The notes below the pieces were generated by a model that saw only the letters and a program-made list of their open reading frames with translations, did not search any database and had not been told where the DNA came from. Made by a program: the position numbers and the translations under genes. Of a DNA stretch of 64,000 nucleotides, positions 21,705 to 32,447 are shown piece by piece. This DNA is from a virus (taxonomy: Duplodnaviria > Caudoviricetes), in the IMG/VR virus record IMGVR_UViG_3300021399_003033, positions 9,619-73,618 of that record; one strand, given 5' to 3'. How positions within the stretch are numbered: position 1 is the stretch's first letter; each line of letters opens with the position of its first letter.

Positions 21705-22217
21705 ATGATGATTACTTTTTTAAATACTGCTGCTGAATTAGGGGGATTAAATGCTTTAACCTTTCTAATTTTATTTTTCTTTGCTGTAAGAGAAAGTTAT
21801 AATTTTTGTATTTGGGTAAAAACTGATATATTAGATAAATATCATAATAAAAAAAATCTTCATGAAAATACAGAAGAGTAGTTTGAAGCATTAAAAGAAA
21901 TGAATCAAAAAGAAGATAAAGAAATTGAATATCTAAAAAAGCAAATAGAAGAATTAAAAGAATAGTATGCTCATTGTTCAAATAATCAAGTTGAATATCA
22001 TTTAGCTATAGTGCGTAATACATTATATCATATTTATAATAGATGCCGTAAACATGGTTATATTGATCAAGCTGAATATGAATCTTTTGAAAGTTTAAAA
22101 ATGTTTTATTTAAATAATGGTGGTAATTCTATTTTTAAACATAAAGTAATTCCATATATTGATAGTTTAACAGTTAAAGGTATTGATTTTGAATCTGAAT
22201 CTGCTGAAGAAGAATAA
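21705..22217 (+). CDS. membrane-anchored coiled-coil protein, holin-like family, 170 aa, 2 TAGs
   Basis: N-terminal hydrophobic helix (GLNALTFLILFFFAV), charged coiled coil, C-terminal LY.IY...G.I...E...L...Y...GGNS motif; in frame with track ORF 22011. The holin role is uncertain. Confidence 0.5.
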
Positions 22218-22269
22218 AAAAAAATAAGGAAAGAATCTTATAAAAATAGATTCTTCCCTTATTTTTTTT
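22216..22269. terminator. bidirectional terminator where the two genome arms converge
   Basis: 16-bp stem AATAAGGAAAGAATCT/AGATTCTTCCCTTATT (one mismatch) flanked by an A-tract and a T-tract. Confidence 0.75.
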
Positions 22270-22573
22270 GTATTTTTTTAAAAATTTTATTTGTTATAAA
22301 AATTATTTCTTCTCCATAAGTAGCAATTAAATCAGCTAAAAGTTCTTCCTAATCTGAACTTAAATAAATTTTATAGCTGAACATTGCTGCATGAGTAATT
22401 TCATGACATAAAACTTTTTTAGTTTTTTGTAGAGATAAATTATTGGCTATATAAATAGTATGATTATCTACTACAGTTGCTCCTAATGTATATTCTCCAT
22501 TAGGTCGCTATAATATATAATAACTGGGTGATACAAATTGTATCACCCAGGAAATTTCATTTATTTTAAACAT
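22259..22573 (-). CDS. small HExxH zinc metallopeptidase-like protein, 104 aa, 2 TAGs
   Basis: Absent from the track. MFKINEISWVIQFV...YTLGA...TIYI...VLCHEITHAAMF...D(TAG)EELLADLIATYG. Confidence 0.75.
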
Positions 22574-23162
22574 TTATTTTAGCTGCAATTCCTTGAATTT
22601 TTTTCTATAACATCTATTTTTCTTCTGGAGAAGCTTTTCTTACCATTTCAGTAATATCCGCACTTAAATCCTAAAGATATGATTCAAGTTCTTTCATTTC
22701 TACTTCAGAACCTTTATGCATTTCTTTAGATTCCATATACATTCTACGTTGCATAGGACTGCGGCCTTCTCTATAATCTCTAAATTCTTGCGGCCAGTAT
22801 TCTTCATGATAATAACTGGTTCCATTTCCGCCAGAAGAAGAATTAGAATTAGAAGAACTTCCACTATTATTAGATCCCATTCCAGAAGAAGAACTTCCTT
22901 CGCTATAATACATTTTTCCATTAGAATATTCCATTGGACGATTATAATTCGTAGTAGAATAATAATATGTATTTTGTTTATCTTTATCTTCAGAAGACTT
23001 TTCCATAGCTTCGGTAATGGTACAATAATAAATAGCTTCAGCTAAATCTTTTATCATATCTACTGCTTCACCAAGTTCTTTAGTATCAACAGTATCTAAA
23101 TGACTCATTTGACCTTGTACAATTGCAGTTAAATTCTGTTTCATACTTTTTAATTCTTCCAT
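22566..23162 (-). CDS. conserved hypothetical phage protein with Ser/Asn-rich linker, 198 aa, 3 TAGs
   Basis: MEELKSMK...ELGEAVDMIKDLAEA..Y..I.EAM...; C-terminal ESYL(Q)DLSADITEMVRKASPEEK(Q)ML(Q)KKI, ending at TAA 22566-22568. Confidence 0.8.
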
Positions 23163-23164
23163 GA

Positions 23165-23587
23165 TTAAGCCGTCCTTTCTACAATAAGATTTGCATTTTG
23201 AACAGCTATATCAGCAAGACTCACATTTTTTACACTAATACTATAGCAGCATCCAATAGGAATATCTACATATGTACTAGCATAAACATTGTTTAAATCA
23301 CCTGCGGCCGCCGGTGTAGAGATCATTCTACTGGTCTATAATCCTTCGCCATTAATAGCAATAGCTAAGGCAACAGGTGCGACAGTACCGCCTTCTGGAA
23401 CGCCAATATTAGCGCCAAAAGATACACGGAATCTTGCTCTACATTGTCCATTTGGAAGTGCGCGCAAGGTTACTATGCCACTACCCTCTCTATGAATGAT
23501 ACTACAATTACCATTAACTGCGGTTTCAGTAAAAAGGACATCATTACTGGCCTCAACGGTTTGAAGAGCATTAGCTGTAATTTCCAT
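23165..23587 (-). CDS. beta-sandwich protein (BclA C-terminal/C1q-TNF-like), 140 aa, 1 TAG
   Basis: MEITANALQTV...IIHREGSGIVTLR...RFRVSFGANI...AIAINGEGL(TAG)TSRMISTPAA...GCCYSISVKN...NANLIVERTA. The fold call comes from the alternating beta pattern and recollection of the family. Confidence 0.6.
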
Positions 23588-23606
23588 ACTATTTTCCCCT
23601 CCTTAA

Positions 23607-24377
23607 TTACATTGTTCCACAACAACGTCCGCAAGAACTATTATATCCATAATAGTTTCCAGTGTATGGATTAGGAACAACATAAGCCGGTGCGGGAGTT
23701 GGATTTAAAGCATTTACAAGATACTGATTCTGAGCAGCCTGAGACTGAGCAAATTTAAGAGCTTGATTTTCAGCAGTAAGTTCACTAATCTTACCCTGAG
23801 TTAAGAAATCAAAAATACTTCTTGTATTAGCATTTTGATTTTCAATAATAGCAGCTTTAGCATCTGCGACAGCCTGACGATCAGCGCAAGCTTCAGTAGC
23901 TAAGTTGTAATTTAACTGAGCAAGGCCCTGAGCTTCCTGATATTTAACATCACAGAATCCTGCAGCCTGGTCAGTAGCAAGTCCAGCAATCTGAGTTGCA
24001 AGAGTATTAGTATTAATTGCTCCAGAATAAATAGCGCTCTGAACAGCATTGTTAACACCGTTAAATCCATTGTTTAAATTAGTAAGTAATGCAGCATTAT
24101 TATTGCAAATAGATGTCTGAATACCATTAATTCCATTCATGATAGAATTAGTATCAAAACTATCAGCAATATCACTACGGGTTAAATATCCCTGGAATCC
24201 TACATTATTTCCATTATTACCCCAGCCGTTGCCATTGCCCCAGCCGCCAAATAATGCAATAATGAAAAGAAGAATCCACCAACCGCCATTGCCAAAATTA
24301 TCGCCCCAGCCATTATTATTACCAGTTGCTGCAGCGATATCAGATAAAGAATAACCTTGATTACCGTTATTAAACAT
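23607..24377 (-). CDS. Gly-rich membrane segment + coiled-coil protein with Cys-rich tail, 256 aa, TAG-free
   Basis: GAGGAGG RBS before ATG 24377; GGWWILLFIIALFGGWGNGNGWG, heptad-rich region, C-terminal SCGRCCGTM. Confidence 0.8.
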   Translation of the reverse strand: MFNNGNQGYSLSDIAAATGNNNGWGDNFGNGGWWILLFIIALFGGWGNGNGWGNNGNNVGFQGYLTRSDIADSFDTNSIMNGINGIQTSICNNNAALLTNLNNGFNGVNNAVQSAIYSGAINTNTLATQIAGLATDQAAGFCDVKYQEAQGLAQLNYNLATEACADRQAVADAKAAIIENQNANTRSIFDFLTQGKISELTAENQALKFAQSQAAQNQYLVNALNPTPAPAYVVPNPYTGNYYGYNSSCGRCCGTM

Positions 24378-24390
24378 CTTTTTTTCCTCC

Positions 24391-24633
24391 TCAACGAATG
24401 TTAAGCGACTACTTAAAGATTTTAGACTATTCATCAAAGTTTAATCCTTTTTGTTGACAAATATTTCTAGCAATTTGCTCTAAAGCATTAAAATCTCCTT
24501 TTTGAGCTAATTGAGCTAAATTTTGTCCCATAGGAGTATTACCTAATTGTGACTATTGTAAATAGTTTAAAATCATTTGTTGAGGATTCTTGCCTTGCAT
24601 AATCTACATTAACATATTCATATCAAAATTCAT
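24391..24633 (-). CDS. small Gln/Met-rich helical protein, 80 aa, 4 TAGs
   Basis: AAGGAGG RBS; MNFDMNMLM(Q)IMQGKNPQQMILNYLQ(Q)...NALEQIARNICQQKGLNFDE(Q)SKIFK(Q)SLNIR-TGA. Confidence 0.8.
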
Positions 24634-25036
24634 ATTTAGTTACCTCCTTAGTAGTAGTAGAAGAATTATTATTATTTAAAGAATTTATTTTTGTAGATAA
24701 ATCTTGTAAAGCATTATTAAATTCTTCCCGAGTAATAAAATTATTTACATTATTACTCTATTCTACTGGAAGCTAACTTAATTCATAACATTGCATTGTT
24801 GCAGTGCCATCCATATTAATTTGTTTTGTGTAGATTCTTTTATTGGCTAGATCTGGAAAAAAGAAAATTGATCCATCAAAGTCAATAGAAGTAGCTCGTG
24901 CCTCTTCTAAAGATGATACAGGCTTGCCTTTTAATAGAGTATTATTATTTATCATATTCATATTTCCTGCATAAGAATTCGGTACGATGCTATTTCTATA
25001 GAACTATGACGGAACTGTGTTGTTGTTATAATTCAT
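24623..25036 (-). CDS. conserved hypothetical protein, 137 aa, 3 TAGs
   Basis: GAGGA RBS; contains track ORF 24773..24961 (LKGKPVSSLEEARA..IDFDGS..FFPD.ANKRIYTKQIN.DG) plus read-through extensions ending F-TGA. Confidence 0.8.
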
Positions 25037-25295
25037 TTTCAGTTCCTCTTTTGTCACTTTTTTTTGCAATTATTATTAATCGCACATTTTTTTCAAACTT
25101 TTCTTTTTATAGATGACAAAATATAAGATTATAATACTAATTTTATATTTTGTTTTAAAAAAATTTTAAGCGCCTAAAATATTTTTTCTGAAAGAATAAG
25201 ACGTCTCTCACTCTCTCAATATATTATGAAAATTAGAATTCTGAAATTAATAACGTGTGCCCAAAAATTTTCAAATAAAACATTTAAAAATTTTT

Positions 25296-25706
25296 TTATT
25301 TATTTTCATTAACAGCAGCTTCTATTGATGAAGCAATATATGCGTTTAAATCACCATAGAACTCTGTAAGATAACGTCTAGCTTCAGAACTCAAATTTTT
25401 CTAAACAATTAATAAAGCTTTCTAAAAAGCAAGCTATTGTGCTTCTATATCAAAATGTCCTTGCTTTTTTAACTCTTCTACATATGTTTGATTTGTTGCA
25501 ATAACACTTTTTGTAATTGTGTCTTCTAACATTTGTATATATTTATTTAATTTATCTGTATATCTTAAATCTTCTCTTTCTTTATTTTTTAACTAAATTT
25601 CTTCACTTTTTATATGAATGTATTTAATTAAAAATGTAGTTAAAACACCAAGTAAAGGAATTAAACAAACTTGGAAAATTTCATTAATTAAAATGCTCCA
25701 TTCCAT
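25296..25706 (-). CDS. putative holin (LL-H-like), 136 aa, 4 TAGs
   Basis: Absent from the track. Single N-terminal TM (IFQVCLIPLLGVLTTFLIKYI), then VIATNQTYVEELKKQGHFDIEAQ(Q)LAF(Q)KA...IEAAV; located after the last tail fibre gene. Confidence 0.65.
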
Positions 25707-25711
25707 ATTTA

Positions 25712-27802
25712 TTACCTCACATATACCCAAATACGTCCATTTACTTTTATTTCTTCTGTGGGACCATCTTTGACAGACCCTCCTGCATGCCAGACTGTAT
25801 AGGTTGGTATTTCTGAAACAGTTCCTATTATACGTTCTGGATATTCACGGATTTCTTCTCTAGTCATAATATCTACAGTACCACCTGGCGCCGCACATAC
25901 TGCAGCTCCAAGTTCATATTCATTTCTATCTTTAAAAGGATAAACTAAAACTCTACCACTTACTGCTATTGGAGTTTTAGCTTTTTTTGTTTCTCCCATT
26001 GCTTGTCCATAAGTATCAGATATAATTTTAGCACCAGGTGCTAATCTTTCTTGTGCCATTGTCATAATACCATTTTTCTATTCTATAACTACTCGTCCTG
26101 GTTCAATAGTATCTCCTTGACGAAATTCAGCATAATCATTCCAAACTGCTTGATATGCTCTTGTATGATAAGAATAACCATTACTAAGATTAAAATAAAA
26201 AGGTCTTAATGAATTCCAGTTATTACCTGGAGTATTAGTTGTTCCTACTAAAAAATAAAAATTACTTCCATCAACTCTTAATATAACACTTTTTATTCTA
26301 AATCCATTATCTGCACCAGATATATATTCAGCACTATTATATATATGACCAGTAAAATCATATGAAATACTACCCTAAGCACCATTTTCTTTTCTAAAAC
26401 GCATTCGGTTAGCATCTGCTTGAACATATCCATATCTTGTTCCACCATTAAGAGCATTATAAAAACCAATCCAGTTACCTGTCGTTCTAACGCTCCCACC
26501 CCATGTACTTCCAGTTGCATAAATATTTGCAACAGTTGGATTTGTACCTGTATTTGCACTAGCTCCACATTGAACATTTGCCCAATATAAAGCACCAGGA
26601 TTTTTAGTCGTTACAATAGCATATCCAACAGTATTTGTTCTAGCAACTGTTGTATCAGGTAAATAATAATCTTCGTAATATGATGTTCGTGTACCATTAC
26701 TGTTAGGTGAATACTATCTAAAAAACCATTTTGCTGGATACTAATATGTTGCAGTAACTGCACTAGAAGCATCTCCAGCTGTAGCATAAGTCTTTCTAAC
26801 TCCAGGAATTTGATAAAACATATTAGCCCAATTTGTTTGAGCAATTGTTGTATATGTTGTTGTACCAGTGCCAATACCACTCGTACCAGCTCGACTATCA
26901 ATTCTTAAATTTGGCCAAATACTTCCTGCAACACTTGAAATTAAATAAGTTCCACTATATGCAGCATAAGCACCATTAGTTAATGTATTTCCATTAATAT
27001 ATAATCTATATTCAGTATCTTTTCCATTTACACCAAGATAAGTGTTTATTTGCCAATAATTATCTACACAAGATAATATTGCTGAACTTGATGAATTTGA
27101 TCCATTCCGAGTAATATAAAATTTTCCATCGTTATTAAAAATTCCCCAAGTGTTAGCAGAAGTTCCAGAATCACCAGTTAAATCATTTCCACATAAAATT
27201 ATATCTGACCAATCTCCCTAAGTATGAATTCTGATTCCTTCTCTATAATTACCATTATTTGGATGTAAATGTAAGCATCCATCTTGTAATCTTGCTCTAT
27301 TATTTAAAAAATTTATAAAAGTAGTATTTTCATATCCTAGGTATAATCCGGAAGAACTAGCAGAAATAGAAATATTACCATTATTATGATTACGAATTAA
27401 ATTATACCAAGTAGAATTATAATAATTTTGTAAAATAGCTGCATCATTTTCATGATTATGTTTTATAGTATCTGATATTCCAGAGACTCCATTAACTTCA
27501 AATTTATATCCATCTGTAATAGAAGTTTTATTAATTGCAAGACTATCATTATTTATAAAAATATTTTCTGAAGAGGTTAAAATCTAATTAGTATTAAAAA
27601 ATAAACTTCTATTAGAAGTTAATCCTTCTCCAACAATATTTTCTAAATTATTTATTTTTAATTTACCATCATTTTCCTATAAATAGGCTGATAATCTACT
27701 ATTTCCAATAATAATCTAGTCTAAAGTAGTAAGAGGATAAAAATAGTTTTCGCTATTTAAATCCTTTAAAGGTATTTGTGGCTTCAAATACTCATTAGCC
27801 AT
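25712..27802 (-). CDS. tail fibre/spike with C-terminal autocleaving chaperone-like domain, 696 aa, multiple TAGs
   Basis: AAGGAGG RBS; frame checked by hand through TAGs. AVWNDYAEFR...EPGRVV...ISDTYG..MG...PIAVSGRVLV...IIGTV resembles the peptidase G2/intramolecular chaperone C-terminus. Confidence 0.75.
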
Positions 27803-27832
27803 TTCTATCCTCCTTTATTAAATTTCAAAATT

Positions 27833-27861
27833 TATATATTACAATTTTCCTGTTTTGTCAA
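27833..27861 (-). promoter_or_regulatory. sigmaA-like promoter TTGACA-N17-TATATA upstream of the tail fibre and holin genes
   Basis: Reverse complement of TGTCAA 27856-27861 and TATATA 27833-27838. Confidence 0.5.
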
Positions 27862-27920
27862 AAATTTTTTAATAAAAACTATTAAAATTTTTTGTTAATT
27901 TTAAACAAAAAATATACAAT

Positions 27921-30900
27921 TTAAGCAGTTCTTTTCCACATATATACTACTAAATATGGTGGTAATGTAGAAGCAGAACCAGAAGTTTCATTACTAGCTG
28001 CTGATGTTGTTGGAGTAGATTCTCCAGTGTTTGCATTACTTGCTCCACCTGAAGTAACTGCAGAACCAGTAAATCCATGATTATGAGCTCCACCACCACC
28101 TTGCCTAGCAGGATTTCCAGATAGACCAGATGTATGAGGCCAAGTACCAGAACCACCATTTGCAGTATTTGTCATATTAATTTTCCAGTTTCCACCAACA
28201 TTACCAGCTCCACTCCAAGTATAATACATAGGATGTTCATGAGCTGGCATTTCAGCAACAGTTAAAGTATGATTTCCAACAGTACCAGCTGCAGTAACAC
28301 TATGAGTATGTGCCATAGTATGACTATGAGCAACAGTATGAGTATGAGTAATATTATGTGTATGTTCAGTACTACCACCAGTACTACCCGCTGTATAAGT
28401 TCCATCTTTACCAATTAAAAATCTTCCACCTAAAGCTTCCCAAGTACCACCAAATAATGTTTCTGGATTAGTACCACTAACACTTATATAAATAGATCCA
28501 ATAGGATATATAGCATTTAACCACTATTGTTTCGTCATACCTGCAAATGTATCTGCATTTAAAGTAGAAATACTTCCAGCAGCTGTTCCTGTAAAATCCT
28601 ATACAACAGAACCAACATTATAAGAAACATTCGCACTATTACTAAAACTAACTGGATTTTCAGAATTTCTTTCGAGTGTTAATGAATATTTTAAACTACC
28701 AAAATAAGTAGTTGCATAAACATTTCTAAATTTTTTAGAAGAAGAACCAATATCTTTACTGGAATTAGCATTCGCTAAAATATGACCAGTAAAAGTTTTA
28801 TCTCCACTAAAAGTTTGAGCATCTGTAGTAACAATACCACTAATACTAGAACTTGCTTTTGGAATTTCTGCGCTAGTCTTAGTTATACCAGCAAAACTAA
28901 TATTTATTTTAGGTCCAGCTGTTGTACCATTAGTCCAAGCAGAAAAATTTACATTATTTGTATCTGCTATTGTATATGAACTAGCACCAATCTAATGTTT
29001 TAATCCTAAAGCATCTGGTACTTGTAACCATATCTAATCAGCAGCATCATTACCAACGCCAATAATAAAACGTCCAACTTCTCCAGATGTAGCTTCTGTC
29101 GGTTCAGAACCTTCAGCAACAGCAGTAACACCTTTAGCATGATACTAAATAAAAGCACGATCAGAAGGAGAATTAATCCTTAAATTACCACTCTAAGAAA
29201 GAAAAGCAATTCCACTAACTCCTTCTAAACCACCATGTAAAACTAAATTATTATGTTCTAAATTATATCCACCGCCAGATTGTAAATAACTAGAATCTCC
29301 AGTCATTCCATATAAATGAACTGCATCTCCTGGATTTCGAGTCCAATCTGAAGGAATTCTACCTTTTTCTAATTTAGGTAAAATTACTATTACATTTGTA
29401 TTTACTTGAGTGCCTAATAACTATAAAATAGTAATATTTTTATATCCAGAAGTACTACTATTAGTTTTCCAACAAATCCAATATCTCTACCAAGTATTTG
29501 TTATATCATTAGCAATCTAACCATTATTTAAATTGTCAATAATATACATGCTACTATTATAACCTTCAGCTACCGCGGCAGATTCAAAATAACTATATAA
29601 TTTTATATTTTTATTAGCTTTCGCCCAGAAAGAAAGTGTATACCATGTATTTGGTTCTGGTTCAAAAGCATTATTATAACTAATAGATATATTGTTCGAT
29701 AAAGATGTACTTCCAATATTTAATCTTTTTCCACGACAATAATTTATTGGTAAATTTTCTGTATAATTATCTCCACTCCATCCATCCATATACTATGTAT
29801 TTGGAAGAAGATTCATCCCAGAAAATTTTGTTTGTAAATTTGGTTCATTAAAAATAAAAGCAGTAGAAGTTAAAGGATTTGTATTTGTAATAGATACTTG
29901 CCATCCATGTGCCCATTTTTCAACAGTAGCATTACTATGTCCTACAATAAGATTAGTAATAGCTATTTTAGGATAACTCCATATAGTAGTAGTTTCTCCA
30001 ATAGTGACATAAACATTATTTGAATCATCTTTACCAAAACGAACTATTAAATTAGATAAATTTCCCGTACCTTCAGAATAAGCTTGCGCATGTTCCCAAA
30101 TATTAGTTGATGTATAATCATATCCTCCAATATGATAGGTAGCTAATGTTTTTTTATCTCGCTCATAAGTATAAATCTAAACATCAAATCTTAACATTGT
30201 TGATGTTTTTGACTAAGGTAATTTTATAATTAACATACCAGCTTTATTATTATCTGAGTAAGTAGCAGTACCACCCTCTGGAAAAGCTATATATGTATTA
30301 TCTGCGGCGACCGCTCGTGTGGTAAACACGCCCCTGTTGCTAAGAGACGCAGCCATCGTTGCTGCTGTATCTGCATTATCACCACGCCAAATCCATCCTT
30401 TACGAACTTCTTTATTATCATTATCTAATGTTTTTGCAATAGTAAAATAAGTTGCCCAATGAGAATTAGAATTATCATTCGTAACGTCACCAAAAGAACC
30501 TCCATCAGCAACCTAAGCATAAGAAATGCCATAATCAGCAAAACCATTCGGATTAGGACCACCATATAATGAAATTCCTAAACCGCTTCCACTAATAGAA
30601 GAAATACCTAATGTATTTACAGAAACATCTCTTAAATTTCCATCAGCAGAATTATTTATATAATAAGTAGTACCATTAGCAAAATAAACAATTCCATCAT
30701 GAGTAACATTACCTTTAAATAAAGATGTTCCATTTACATATAATTTATGAGATGTATTAGAACCATTAATACCTAATCCATCTTTACCAATTTGAGTATA
30801 ACCACCATCAGTCTATATATTTAATTTAGCTACAGTTGTACCATTACTTTTACTGATAATTTCATTGCCATCAAATTCAAGATGCTAACCAGTCTAACTT

Positions 30901-31523
30901 CCAATTATAAGCGGTGCCGCATTAGCTGCAGTTCCAGAAATATCTGTTGTTGCAGTAATAACAACACTATTATTAAATAATGATTTTCCATTTACTTCAA
31001 AATTATATCCAGAAGTAATAGAAGTTTTATTAATTGCTAATGCTGTATCATTAATATAATTAGTAGTAGAACCAATTATTTTTGTTCCATTAAAAAATAA
31101 AGGTCTATTAGAAGTAAAACTATCATTATTAGTGCCACCATATTGAATAGAAGTTATCTAGGTAGTACCCCCACCAGCAACTCGCCAATGGTCTTTTGCC
31201 TCATTATATACAAACCAATAATACTATTGAGCAGTTAAAAAACTTTTATTAATACCATTAGTATCATCTACAAAAATTGATTTTGCTCCAGTATTATTTA
31301 CATTTAAGGTAGGACTATTGGCCGTATTTGTATTAGTAAAAAGGACTAAAATTTTTGAACCGTCAATTAATTCAAAACTACCTTTAGTAGTAACAGATTT
31401 TTCTTGTGTGCCTGCCGCAGTTGTACATGTTCCAAAATTTAAAACATTACCACTTAAATTGGCATATAAATCTCCAACAACTCTAGCAGACCCATTTACT
31501 AATAAATCTTTTAATTGAGCCAT
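27921..31523 (-). CDS. long tail fibre/receptor-binding protein, 1200 aa, many TAGs
   Basis: Track fragments 31224, 29517 and 27921 share one frame. CBM-like region (YTLSFWAK...KLEKG..PSDW); C-terminal IYPIGSIYIS...FGGTW...GRFLIG...HxH repeats...LPPYLVVYMWKRTA (T4 gp10/gp12-like tip). Confidence 0.8.
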
Positions 31524-31562
31524 TCAGTTTTTGTCCTCCCTTCTTTTTTATTATTATTAAAA

Positions 31563-31784
31563 TTAAGCTTGATTATTACGTTTAACTATTGTTATAACTC
31601 TATCAATAAAATTATTAAAATCAGATTTAATACTATCTAAATCTGAATCCATATCATCTATATTAACTGCAAAATATAAACTATTACCTCCAGAATATGA
31701 AGCATTCATAGAAGCAATTGTTGTTTGATTGCTGTCTTGAGACATTGCATTAAAATTCATATTTGTATCATTCATAATAAGCAT
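31563..31784 (-). CDS. small hypothetical protein (about 73 aa)
   Basis: GGAGG RBS 8 nt before ATG 31784 (track start 31799); TAA at 31563. Confidence 0.6.
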   Translation of the reverse strand: MLIMNDTNMNFNAMSQDSNQTTIASMNASYSGGNSLYFAVNIDDMDSDLDSIKSDFNNFIDRVITIVKRNNQA

Positions 31785-31841
31785 CCTTTTTTCCTCCATA
31801 GTTTTTTATTATATATAATAAAAATCGACTAAAGACAAAAT

Positions 31842-32444
31842 TTATATTTCATAAAATTCATTTGCATAAATACGACCAGTTTTTGTTATACTAGCCTTAT
31901 TAAAAATATCTTCAGTAGTATTTATTATAGAACCTAATTGATATTTAGGATTTTGTATTTGCCATGATATAGCAGCACTATCTTCAGATGTTTTTAATCC
32001 AATACCATCATAAACAGTTAAATCCCAATAACCTGTATTAGAAGTAGATAAATTAGCACTACCCCATGTAATTGTAGTCCAAGTATTTGCAGGAATATTA
32101 AAAGTTGTTGCTGTCCTTTGTACATCATGATCATTTCCACTCCAAGAAACTCCATTTGGAACTTTATTATTTATATCAATAACTAGAGTATGAGCAGAAG
32201 GAACTTTTACTTCTATCGTAACCCTATAATAAGTTCCATAAGGAAGGATGTGATCTTTTAAATGTACTCCACTACCCCAACTAGAAGAAACTACTGGACT
32301 ATTTATTATATATATCCCATTAGATAAAGTATAAGAACCAGAATTATAATTATTAAACCCTTTAAAAGTTAAATTAGATAATCCAAATTCTATTATCTAA
32401 TCTTCAGCAGTCAAAACACCTTTTTTATTTATATTAACATTCAT
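31842..32444 (-). CDS. beta-rich carbohydrate-binding-like tail accessory protein, 200 aa, 1 TAG
   Basis: Absent from the track. MNVNINKKGVLTAED(TAG)IIEFG...YRVTIEVKV...GRIYANEFYEI-TAA; GAGGG RBS. Confidence 0.65.
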
Positions 32445-32447
32445 ATC

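Noticed and set aside
24378-24437. Track start 24437 for the Gly-rich membrane protein
   Set aside because: That extension overlaps the 80-aa recoded gene in another frame; the strong GAGGAGG RBS points to ATG 24377.
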